The notes under the pieces are model-generated. The model saw nothing but the letters and a program-made list of their open reading frames with translations, had not been told where the DNA came from and did not search any database. Positions 27,890 through 36,621 of a stretch of 61,664 nt of DNA are shown one piece after another (positions within the stretch are counted from its first letter, which is position 1; each line of letters begins with the position of its first letter). Position numbers and translations under genes: made by a program. Origin of the DNA: Omnitrophica WOR_2 bacterium RIFOXYA2_FULL_38_17 (GTDB lineage: Bacteria; Omnitrophota; Gorgyraeia; Zapsychrales; Zapsychraceae); contig MHHG01000018.1 in the NCBI GenBank assembly GCA_001805965.1, positions 4,306-65,969 on the forward strand, in the 5' to 3' direction.

Positions 27890-29910
27890 TTATGAAATTC
27901 TTAAAATTATTTATTGATAATTATAAAAGCTTCCAAAAACCGGTAGAGATCAATCTGGATATAACAGATGCGGACAAAAATATTGTTCTCATTGGTGGAA
28001 TGAATGGTGCAGGAAAGACAGCGATATTAGAAGCGATTAATATTTGTTTATATGGCGAAAGGAAAGAAAAGCTTTATAAAGCGATCAATCGAAGGGAATT
28101 GGACAAGGGTAACGGAAACATATTGTTTGAGCTGCATATTTTGCTTGATGATGGTGATGTTTTAAAAGTTAAAAGATCGTGGCGGTGTGCTTCCCACGGA
28201 TTGAATAAAATAACTTCCTCAGATTTAGAAGAAAAGCTGGTTTTAGTTCGTAATGAGCAGCGTCTTGCTATTTCAGATCAAGGGGGGTGGCAGGACTTTC
28301 TTGAAAAAACTATTCCTTATGGCATTTCTCAATTTTTCTTTTTTAATGGTGAAAAAATTGAATATATGGCATCTGATGAGGATTCAGAAGGCAGATTGAA
28401 AGAATCCATAGAAGCATTGCTGGGCATTGAGAGAGCCAAGCAATTATTGAGAGATTTAGAAGAACTTAGGAAAGAACAACGCAAAAAACGAAGCGATATT
28501 ACTGATGATGATATTAAGGCGAAGGAGATTCAGCTTGATTCTGATAGAAAGAAGATCGAAGAATGGAAAAAGGAATTAAGTTTTCTTGAAAAAGAATTAA
28601 ATGAGCTAAATGAAAAGGCCAGTGATTTGGAAACGGAGTTTACAAAACGGTTTGGAATCTCTTCTTTCGGGAGCTCTGGATTAAAGCAGGATGAGATTAG
28701 ACTGGTTCAATTGAATTCACGAAAAGCGGAGATAGATAAGGAGATACGCGAATTTTGTACCAATATTCTTCCTTTTAGCCTTTTATCAAATAAATTCTTT
28801 TTGGTTCTTGATCAAATTCAAAAGGAGCGTCAATTTAGACAAGCGAAGCATGGCTTAAAAGCACGTGAGGAGTTAGTAGACCAGCTTATTGAGAAATTGT
28901 ACCAACCCGATTGTGTCGCATGTAATAAACCATTTGACATAAAGAAAAAAGACTATCTGCAAAAAGAGATTTTGAGTGTATTTCAAGAAAATGCGCGTCA
29001 GAAAGAAGAATCGTCGGATGTTGAACCAATTTTGAATTTATCAGAAATGGATGAGCGAAAAATAGAAGCTCAGTTATCTAATGAGCGGGGTGTTGTAAAT
29101 TTGAAAGAATTATTAAATGAGCGGGAATCGGTTATTAAAGAAGTGCAAAAATTAGAGGGGATACTTAAAAAAACATCTGTTGATAATGAAGATAAAGATG
29201 CTTTGAGGGAACTTCAAATTCAGAGGGATGAAATCCAGCAAAATATTGGAAGACGTAAACAGGAAATAAGATATTTGGATGAACGTATCGCAGAGAAAGA
29301 CGCCGCTATTTCTTCGATGGAACGCGAACTAACCACTCTATACGAGAAATACACACAGGACAAGGGTAAGGTTGATATTATTGTTAAAATTGGTTCTGCG
29401 ACAAAAGTATTAACGGAATTTATTGAGCGGCTTCGAGTGAATAAATTGGAAGAACTTAGACAGCATATTTTTACTATGTATCGTATGTTAGCTAGCAAAA
29501 GCGATTTAATTGCTGATATTGTGATTGATCCTTTGACTTATCGGATAAAAATTATTGATAAACATGGGACATCAGTGAACAAACAAAATTTATCTGCTGG
29601 GGAAAAAGAAGTTTTTGCTATTTCATTATTGTGGGGATTAGCGAAAACATCAAAATATAAATTGCCGGTTATTATCGATACTCCGTTGGCTCGATTGGAC
29701 AGCTTGCATAGAGACGCTATTGTTTCTAAATATTTTCCCGAAGCCGGTGAGCAGGTGGTCATTTTATCAACTGATACAGAAGTTGACCAAAATTATTACA
29801 AGCGGCTTGAGCCACATCTTTCAAGGGTTAATAAGTTATTGTTTGACCGATATCGAGAACTAACGACTTTGGAAGAAGGATATTTTTGGGGAGAAAATAA
29901 TGGCAGATAG
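27886..29910 (+). CDS. DndD-like SMC/ABC-type ATPase
   Basis: N-terminal FLKLFIDNYKSF...LIGGMNGAGKTAILEAINICLYGE, a long coiled coil, and C-terminal LSAGEKEVFAISLLWGLAK...PVIIDTPLARLDSLHRD...VVILSTDTEV, closely following the DndD layout. 674 aa. Confidence 0.8.
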   Translation: MIMKFLKLFIDNYKSFQKPVEINLDITDADKNIVLIGGMNGAGKTAILEAINICLYGERKEKLYKAINRRELDKGNGNILFELHILLDDGDVLKVKRSWRCASHGLNKITSSDLEEKLVLVRNEQRLAISDQGGWQDFLEKTIPYGISQFFFFNGEKIEYMASDEDSEGRLKESIEALLGIERAKQLLRDLEELRKEQRKKRSDITDDDIKAKEIQLDSDRKKIEEWKKELSFLEKELNELNEKASDLETEFTKRFGISSFGSSGLKQDEIRLVQLNSRKAEIDKEIREFCTNILPFSLLSNKFFLVLDQIQKERQFRQAKHGLKAREELVDQLIEKLYQPDCVACNKPFDIKKKDYLQKEILSVFQENARQKEESSDVEPILNLSEMDERKIEAQLSNERGVVNLKELLNERESVIKEVQKLEGILKKTSVDNEDKDALRELQIQRDEIQQNIGRRKQEIRYLDERIAEKDAAISSMERELTTLYEKYTQDKGKVDIIVKIGSATKVLTEFIERLRVNKLEELRQHIFTMYRMLASKSDLIADIVIDPLTYRIKIIDKHGTSVNKQNLSAGEKEVFAISLLWGLAKTSKYKLPVIIDTPLARLDSLHRDAIVSKYFPEAGEQVVILSTDTEVDQNYYKRLEPHLSRVNKLLFDRYRELTTLEEGYFWGENNGR

Positions 29911-31423
29911 GATCATTACTTCAGAGATGACTGAAAAAACTTTGAGGAAAATAAGCAATGAAACAGGCATAGAAATATCTTCTTTAGCGAGATTATCTAT
30001 TGCACTATCTATCCGATTTTATAATTATCAGGAGTTACAGTTAAATGATACTAAGGGGCGTGAAATTAGGCGACAGTCTCTTTTTGGTCGAGAAGAACAG
30101 CTATACAAAATTATTTTAAATGTTTTACATAAAAAAGATTTCTCTGATGATGAATTTGTGTCTAATGACTCTGTTGTTAAGAAACATGTTGAACATGGGG
30201 TGCAATTGATGGCTCAAATGTATGAAGAGGTCAATTATGATGCCTCAGAATTATTAGCACGTTTAGGTAGTTTAGTTGAGGATAAAGGTGTTTCTTATGC
30301 ACCTTCAGATGTTCCAAAAATCAATGTTCATGTGGGAACGGATCAATTGACGAAGGATAAGATATTTTTTGAAATAAATAATACTATTCGCCACGCTAAT
30401 TCACATTTGGCTATTATGGGAAAACCTGGTGTTGGTAAGACACAGGTGCTTTTGAAAATACTTGCTGACATAAGGCAGTTATCAAATTACCAGACTAATT
30501 TTATCTTTTTTGATTATAAGGGCGATGTAGCCAGCTCGGGGAAATTTACATCAGCTACAAGAGCGAAGGTCTTTAAGCTTCCTGAGCAAATTCTGCCAAT
30601 AAATCCTTTTATGCTTCCTGATTATACTGAAACGCAGGTTAAGATATCTGCTAAGGAAAAGGCTGAATCATTTGCTTCCATCAATAGACAATTTGGAACG
30701 GTACAGAAGGGAAATTTAACCGAGGCCATAAAAAGGGCTTATGATGCCCGTAATGGATTTGAGAAAAGGTATCCTGATTTTAGTGAAGTGGCTAATATTG
30801 TTCAACAAATGTATGAGGATAATAACAAAAAGCCAGATTCTTTGGTTGAAATATTGAAAGATTTTTCTGAATTTGGTATTTTTTGGGACCATTCTCGTTC
30901 TGATAAATTGATTAATAGAGTTTCTGAAGAAAGTTTTATTGTCGATTTGCATCAGTTGCCGGTCCTAAAAGAGCTTGTTGCATATTTAGTCATAGAAAGG
31001 CTTTACAAAGAGATGGCGTCATTGCCAGATTCTTTGACAAAAGATGGGAACAGATTTATTCGTACAATTTTAGTTATTGATGAGGCGCACAATTATCTAT
31101 CTCAGAAGAATCCATTTTTACAAAGAATAATTCGAGAAGGACGTTCGAAAGGCATTGTTGTCTTTTTCGCTTCGCAGTCTCCGAATGATTATATGCAGGA
31201 CTTCTTTGATTTTCAGGAGTTATTAGAATTTTCAATGATATTTGCATGTGATGGTGTATCGGCAAGTGCAGTTGAACGATTGCTAGGATGTAGCCGCACT
31301 ACAGCAAAAAGTTTACAGCAGATGGTTGCTAAATTAAAGCCATTTCAAGTAATAACAAAAGGCATTTCAGATACTGATGATTATACGGTATTTAAGGGTG
31401 AGGCATTTTATAAGAACTATTGA
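29900..31423 (+). CDS. DndE-like N-terminal domain fused to a HerA/FtsK-type (DUF87-like) P-loop ATPase
   Basis: N-terminal RIITSEMTEKTLRKISNETGIEISSLARLSIALSI...KKHVEHGVQLM resembles DndE. Walker A GKPGVGKTQ, Walker B ILVIDEAHNY, EGRSKGIVVFFASQSP. Overlaps the DndD-like gene by 11 nt. Confidence 0.7.
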   Translation: MADRIITSEMTEKTLRKISNETGIEISSLARLSIALSIRFYNYQELQLNDTKGREIRRQSLFGREEQLYKIILNVLHKKDFSDDEFVSNDSVVKKHVEHGVQLMAQMYEEVNYDASELLARLGSLVEDKGVSYAPSDVPKINVHVGTDQLTKDKIFFEINNTIRHANSHLAIMGKPGVGKTQVLLKILADIRQLSNYQTNFIFFDYKGDVASSGKFTSATRAKVFKLPEQILPINPFMLPDYTETQVKISAKEKAESFASINRQFGTVQKGNLTEAIKRAYDARNGFEKRYPDFSEVANIVQQMYEDNNKKPDSLVEILKDFSEFGIFWDHSRSDKLINRVSEESFIVDLHQLPVLKELVAYLVIERLYKEMASLPDSLTKDGNRFIRTILVIDEAHNYLSQKNPFLQRIIREGRSKGIVVFFASQSPNDYMQDFFDFQELLEFSMIFACDGVSASAVERLLGCSRTTAKSLQQMVAKLKPFQVITKGISDTDDYTVFKGEAFYKNY

Positions 31424-31501
31424 TGGACAGTGAACCTGAAGGTCAGTGAGCAGTAAATGTTTTGCGCTATCAATGAGTTAGTATTAAGTTAGTTGCTATG
31501 G

Positions 31502-31519
31502 GCTAACAATTGACTAACA
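31502..31519 (+). repeat. junction motif copy 4: GCTAACAattgACTAACA
   Basis: 11-bp phased repeat. CCTGAAGGTCAG lies at 31435-31446. Confidence 0.7.
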
Positions 31520-31580
31520 AAGCGTTAATTATAATATGTATGAAACTTGCTGTTATTAATCAGCTATATGAGGGGTAAGT

Positions 31581-32354
31581 ATGGATGATAAATTAGTTAA
31601 TATCTTACAGTTACAGATAGAAAAGTGCGAAATAATATTAAATGAGTATGTAGCAGATAGATCTGATTATTCTCTTTATGTTTTAGAGAATAAGAGTGGT
31701 CAATGGATAACAGAGACAGAAAATTATTTAAAATATGCAATTGAAAACAAGCAATATCAAGAAGAGTTTAAAGAACGCAGAGTATATGATGGAGATGGTT
31801 ATAATAATGCCATAAATTCCGTCGGTACCCTATATGAGAAATTAGGTTATCTAAATTCATTTGTAGAATTATTAAAAGAGGGTTATATATCTAGCAAGCC
31901 TGTTATTCTAAAAAATAATAAGAATTCAAGAGATGTTTTTGTTGCAATGTGGTTTGATGAACAAATGGATGAATTTTATAACTCTGGCATTAAGCCGACG
32001 ATAGAAAAATTAGGATATAATCCATTGAGAGTTGATGAGCATCAGCACAACAATAAAATAGATCTTGAGATTATTTCTCAAATTGAAAAAGCTGCATTCT
32101 TAGTAGCAGATTTAACAGGAGATAGAGGCGGAGTATATTATGAAACAGGTTATGCGAAAGGTTTGGGAATCCAGGTTATTTATTCTGTTAGATGTGATTA
32201 TCATAAGAAAGTACATTTTGATATTGAACATGAAAATTTAATTATTTGGGATAACATAAAGGTATATTCACAAAAATTAGAAAAAAGAGTAAGTGGAACT
32301 TTTGGTGTGTTTAAGAACTCTTACAAAAAAAATGAAATAGATTGGGAAGAATAA
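31581..32354 (+). CDS. nucleoside 2-deoxyribosyltransferase-like (NDT/TIR-like Rossmannoid) domain protein with a helical N-terminal domain
   Basis: C-terminal half VFVAMWFD...AAFLVADLTGDRGGVYYETGYAKGLGIQVIY matches the NDT-like pattern (strand-Gly/Asp loop, D-x-G-x-x-x-E-x-G-y-A). Confidence 0.6.
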   Translation: MDDKLVNILQLQIEKCEIILNEYVADRSDYSLYVLENKSGQWITETENYLKYAIENKQYQEEFKERRVYDGDGYNNAINSVGTLYEKLGYLNSFVELLKEGYISSKPVILKNNKNSRDVFVAMWFDEQMDEFYNSGIKPTIEKLGYNPLRVDEHQHNNKIDLEIISQIEKAAFLVADLTGDRGGVYYETGYAKGLGIQVIYSVRCDYHKKVHFDIEHENLIIWDNIKVYSQKLEKRVSGTFGVFKNSYKKNEIDWEE

Positions 32355-32818
32355 AACTAAAAGAATTCAGAAATAATTAATTTTAAAACTATTTGTGAAT
32401 AATAATTATTTGCTAGGAAGAACGAATATCTTCAATTTCAACAATTATTATCTCCATCGATAAAATGCGTTGCCAATAAAGATAGTACATCTTGGATTAT
32501 GACTAAGATGTCGAGGTTAATATATTCTCTATAATAGTCTATTTTATGGTTTAGAATTTTAATTGTACCTCCTTATTTTTTTAATTTTTCTCATGTATTT
32601 TAAGAAAAAGCTGTTATTATTATATTAGAAACAATCATATTAGAAATGATTGTAAGAAGCATAGAAGTAAAACAACTATAGAATTGTGATTAATAGAACT
32701 TGAAGGGAGTTTATCTTCAAGTCAATAGGGAAAATCACAAGTGTTGAATAAACGCAGGATAACTGTGGAAAAACACTTGGGATTTTCCCTTTTTTTATGC
32801 TCAAGAAAGGAGCTAAAG

Positions 32819-34084
32819 ATGAAAATAGAGGTTATTTCGATAAATAAGTTAAAACCGGCAGTATATAATCCCCGAGTTTCATTAAAACCGGGTGACAAAG
32901 ATTACGAAAAGTTAAAAAACAGTATCGCCACGTTTGGTTATGTAGAGCCAATTGTATGGAATCGCAAAACGGGAAATGTTGTGGGAGGGCATCAGCGGGC
33001 TGAAGTTCTTAAGCAAGAAGGGTATGAGGAAGTGGAAGTTGTTGTTGTCGAGCTTTCACTTGATAAAGAAAAATCGTTAAATCTTGCTTTAAATAAGATC
33101 AGCGGAAGGTGGGATGAAGAAAAATTATCGTTATTGCTCAGTGAATTAACCCGAATTCCTGATTTTGATGTTGGGCTAACGGGTTTTGAGATGCCTGAAA
33201 TTACAAATCTTTTTGACAAATTTAATGAAAAACAAGATGATGATTTTGATTTTTCTTCTGAGTTAAATAACATTGAAACGCCAGTTACTCAAAAAGGAGA
33301 ACTCATTGAACTCGGGTCCCACCGATTGCTTTGTGGCGATTCATCGAAAGAAGAGGATATAAAAAGATTATTATCCGGACAGAAAGTTAGGCTTATCCAT
33401 ACCGACCCACCTTATAATGTGAATTATTATGGAGGAAACCGCCCAACGCCTAAAGCCCGGCCAAAGAACTCTCGTCATTGGGAGAGGATATACTCAGATG
33501 ACATGACGCAAGAACAATATGAACAATGGTTAAAGAATATCCTGTCTAATACAAAGGAAGTTCTGCAAGAAGGGGCTCCATTTTATATATGGAATGGACA
33601 TAAACAGTTTGGTCCGATGCATCAGATGTTGACTGCACTGGATCTTCATGTTGCTTGTGTTATTACATGGGCTAAACCTAATTTTGCTATTGGCTATGGG
33701 GATTATAATCAGCAGACAGAGTTTTGTCTTTACGGATGGAAGAAAGGTAATGCACATTTTTGGAACGGTCCAACCAATGAATCTACTCTTTGGGAAATTC
33801 ATCGGGACTCGACAAAACAATATATCCATCCAACCCAGAAACCCATTGCCTTGGCACAAAGAGCAATGAGAAATAGTTCGCAACATGGAGATGTTGTTTT
33901 TGATCTGTTTCTGGGATCGGGATCGACCTTGATTGCTGCTGAAAGTCTGGGGCGCCGCTGTTTTGGAATAGAAATCGATCCGAAATATTGTGATGCTATT
34001 GTGAGGAGATATATATCTTTTGTTGGGATAGATAAGGTTTCAGGTGACTTGAGAAAGAAATTCATCAAGGAGGTGAAGTTATGA
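32819..34084 (+). CDS. ParB-like nuclease domain fused to an N4/N6 DNA methyltransferase (beta class)
   Basis: ParB-N segment LKPAVYNPR...VVGGHQR; DPPY motif IHTDPPYNVNY; SAM motif FDLFLGSGST. ATG 32819 follows AAAGGAG; the track starts at GTG 32741. Confidence 0.85.
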   Translation: MKIEVISINKLKPAVYNPRVSLKPGDKDYEKLKNSIATFGYVEPIVWNRKTGNVVGGHQRAEVLKQEGYEEVEVVVVELSLDKEKSLNLALNKISGRWDEEKLSLLLSELTRIPDFDVGLTGFEMPEITNLFDKFNEKQDDDFDFSSELNNIETPVTQKGELIELGSHRLLCGDSSKEEDIKRLLSGQKVRLIHTDPPYNVNYYGGNRPTPKARPKNSRHWERIYSDDMTQEQYEQWLKNILSNTKEVLQEGAPFYIWNGHKQFGPMHQMLTALDLHVACVITWAKPNFAIGYGDYNQQTEFCLYGWKKGNAHFWNGPTNESTLWEIHRDSTKQYIHPTQKPIALAQRAMRNSSQHGDVVFDLFLGSGSTLIAAESLGRRCFGIEIDPKYCDAIVRRYISFVGIDKVSGDLRKKFIKEVKL

Positions 34085-34752
34085 CAAAATATTCATTAAC
34101 TTCGAAGAAGGAAGAATTCCCAGTATTAGTCATTATTCAACATATTAAAGATGGTCGGCTTGATCCAAAAACCATAAATAAAGATCTAAGACAGCAGTGT
34201 GTTGAGGTTTTATTGCTGGAGGGGTATGGTGTTTCTTCTTTGGCGCAGATCTTTATTAGAAGTGACAAGACTATAAGGCGGGACATAGAAGAGATCAGAG
34301 AGAGAAATGCTATCTCGCCTAAAGCGGATTTGGCAAGAAAGATAATAGGGGAAATGGTTGTAAACGCACGTAATCACCAGGGCTATTTAATGCGATTAGC
34401 CCGATCTCAGGGCGCTTCTGTGAGTGAAAAGGGACAATGTGAGTATTTAGCTGCATTGGTATTATTTCAGAACGTTTCCAAACTTCAGTCTCTTGGGTAT
34501 TTGCCTTCACAACCAAAAACAGTTGTGGGTGAACTATTCCATTATTATGAGGAAGATCGAAAGAGTATCCCTGAATATAAGAAGATAATCAAGGATTTAG
34601 AGTTAACAGCTAAAAAAACAGGGAGTCTTACACCTGAAGTGGCAAAAGAGATCAGACAACTGAAACAGCAAGTTAATGAAGCTGATATTCATGAAAAAGT
34701 GAATAGTTTGACTGAAAGAAACAAAATAAAAAAAACTAGACTAAAAAGTTAA
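34081..34752 (+). CDS. HTH protein in the small-terminase position
   Basis: HTH-like GYGVSSLAQIFIRSDKTIRRDIEEI. Located directly upstream of the large terminase-like gene. The start overlaps the methyltransferase stop. Confidence 0.4.
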   Translation: MTKYSLTSKKEEFPVLVIIQHIKDGRLDPKTINKDLRQQCVEVLLLEGYGVSSLAQIFIRSDKTIRRDIEEIRERNAISPKADLARKIIGEMVVNARNHQGYLMRLARSQGASVSEKGQCEYLAALVLFQNVSKLQSLGYLPSQPKTVVGELFHYYEEDRKSIPEYKKIIKDLELTAKKTGSLTPEVAKEIRQLKQQVNEADIHEKVNSLTERNKIKKTRLKS

Positions 34753-34773
34753 AAAGAAAAGAGGAGAAGCTAC

Positions 34774-36399
34774 ATGAAGGATAAAATTGAAAAAAGAATT
34801 AGTGCTACAAGAAGAATCGCCGGAAGAAATTTCGCATTTTTCCGCAAAGAATACTTTTCGCATTACTGTGATATTCCTGATTCTGTGTTTCATGAAGAAC
34901 TTTCTCATGATCTTTCGAAAATGACATTAAAAAGAAGTGTGAAATTTGCACTTGCGGCCCCTCGTGATAGTGGAAAAAGTACAATTATCAGTGCTATTTA
35001 TGTGATTTACTGTATTTGTTATAAGCTTGAGGATTTTATAGTGATAATTTCCAATACAAGTGAGCAGGCAGCTAGTTTTTTATGTGATATAAAAAAAGAG
35101 TTTGAAATGAATGAAAAACTAATAAGTGATTTTCCTGATGTCTGTGAGAAAGGAAAACCACCCAGATGGTCTCGGCGGGAAATAGTTACGCGCAATGGAG
35201 TGAAGGTTTTGGCTTTAGGTTCAAATCAGCAGATTAGGGGAAGACGTAATAAATCCTTCAGGCCTTCACTTATCATTCTAGATGATGTGGAAACAGATGA
35301 AAGTGCAAAAAATCCGGAGAGTTACCATAAACTTGAAGATTGGATTACAAAGGCAGTTTTAAAAGCGGGGACATCTGAAACGAATGTGATTTTTGTAGGA
35401 ACTATTCACCATTATGGATCATTGCTGGCTCAGTTTACGTCAGACAAGTCACATCCTGGATGGAGTAAGGGTATTTATCGTTCTATAATTTCTTATTCTA
35501 GTTCTCCTGATTTATGGCAAAGATGGATACAAATCTTTAATTATCAAGAATTTTATAAAGATCAGGAAGGGCCGGATGCTGCGAGATTGTTTTTCGAAGA
35601 CAATCAGAAAGGAATGCTGATGGGAACGGAAGTTTTGTGGCCTGAAAAGAGAGGTTATTATGATCTCATGGTCATGAGAGAGGAAGATGGGTATCTGAGT
35701 TTTGATAGTGAAATGCAAAATGACCCGGTTAACCCAAGAGATTGCTTGTTTAATTTAGATGAAATGCATTACTGGGATGATAAATTTGCATCTGAAGAAG
35801 AGCTGATAGCATCTTTTGCGAATGATACTATATGGTATGGATCTTGTGATCCAAGTATGGGGAAACATAGAAATAAGGGGGATTTTTCAGCTATTATTAC
35901 AATAGTTAAGAATAGAATAACAGGAACAATATATGTAATTAGTGCAGATATTGCCAGAAGAGACCCTGATAAAATTATCAATGATGTTCTCATGCATCAC
36001 AGAATTCGACAATACAAAGAATTCTCTTTTGAATCTAACAATTTTCAGGAATATCTTTCGTCACAATTGATGAAAAGATCACAAGAAGAGGGCATATATC
36101 TTCCATTAAAAGAAATCAAACATACTTCTGATAAAACGGAAAGAATTATGTGGTTACAGCTGTTCTTGAAAAAAGGAACGATACAACTTTCCAGAAAGCA
36201 TCATACGCTTCTTGAACAGATGAAGTTTTTTCCAAAAGGAAAATATGATGATGGACTTGATGCCTTGGAAATGGTTTTTCATCTTTGTTACAATAACGGG
36301 AGTAACAGTTTAGAAATCTTTGAGAGACAATTAAAAAATATGCGTCTTTCAAAATCAAGAAATGAAATAATGAAACGTAATAGGCTTTTGGTTTATTAA
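34774..36399 (+). CDS. phage terminase large subunit-like ATPase/nuclease
   Basis: Walker A ALAAPRDSGKST, Walker B LIILDDVETDE, IRGRR arginine finger region, VGTIHH, and a C-terminal RNaseH-like part GSCDPSMGK...DGLDALEM. Confidence 0.75.
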   Translation: MKDKIEKRISATRRIAGRNFAFFRKEYFSHYCDIPDSVFHEELSHDLSKMTLKRSVKFALAAPRDSGKSTIISAIYVIYCICYKLEDFIVIISNTSEQAASFLCDIKKEFEMNEKLISDFPDVCEKGKPPRWSRREIVTRNGVKVLALGSNQQIRGRRNKSFRPSLIILDDVETDESAKNPESYHKLEDWITKAVLKAGTSETNVIFVGTIHHYGSLLAQFTSDKSHPGWSKGIYRSIISYSSSPDLWQRWIQIFNYQEFYKDQEGPDAARLFFEDNQKGMLMGTEVLWPEKRGYYDLMVMREEDGYLSFDSEMQNDPVNPRDCLFNLDEMHYWDDKFASEEELIASFANDTIWYGSCDPSMGKHRNKGDFSAIITIVKNRITGTIYVISADIARRDPDKIINDVLMHHRIRQYKEFSFESNNFQEYLSSQLMKRSQEEGIYLPLKEIKHTSDKTERIMWLQLFLKKGTIQLSRKHHTLLEQMKFFPKGKYDDGLDALEMVFHLCYNNGSNSLEIFERQLKNMRLSKSRNEIMKRNRLLVY

Positions 36400-36520
36400 G
36401 GGAAGGTATTTCAGGTGAGGTGCTGAATTAAAATTGACATGTTTGTTTGGGAGGATTAGAATATTTCTATTGATTGAATAGTCCCGAGTTTGAAGGGGGC
36501 AACCCGGACGTTAAAAAAGT

Positions 36521-36566
36521 AAAACCTTCGCTTGGCAGGATTGTGCTCAGCGGAGGTTTTTTATTT
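36521..36566 (+). terminator. rho-independent terminator after the terminase-like gene
   Basis: AAAACCTTCGC ... GCGGAGGTTTT stem (one G-U pair) followed by a T-rich run. Confidence 0.5.
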
Positions 36567-36621
36567 AAAAAGAAGGAAAAAATGAGAAAAATACTGGAAA
36601 CTTTTATAGGGGAGAGTTAAT

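Noticed and set aside
27886-31423. A complete Dnd phosphorothioation system.
   Set aside because: Only DndD-like and DndE-like parts are present. No cysteine desulfurase (DndA/IscS), no DndC (PAPS reductase-like), no DndB and no DndFGH are encoded in the window.
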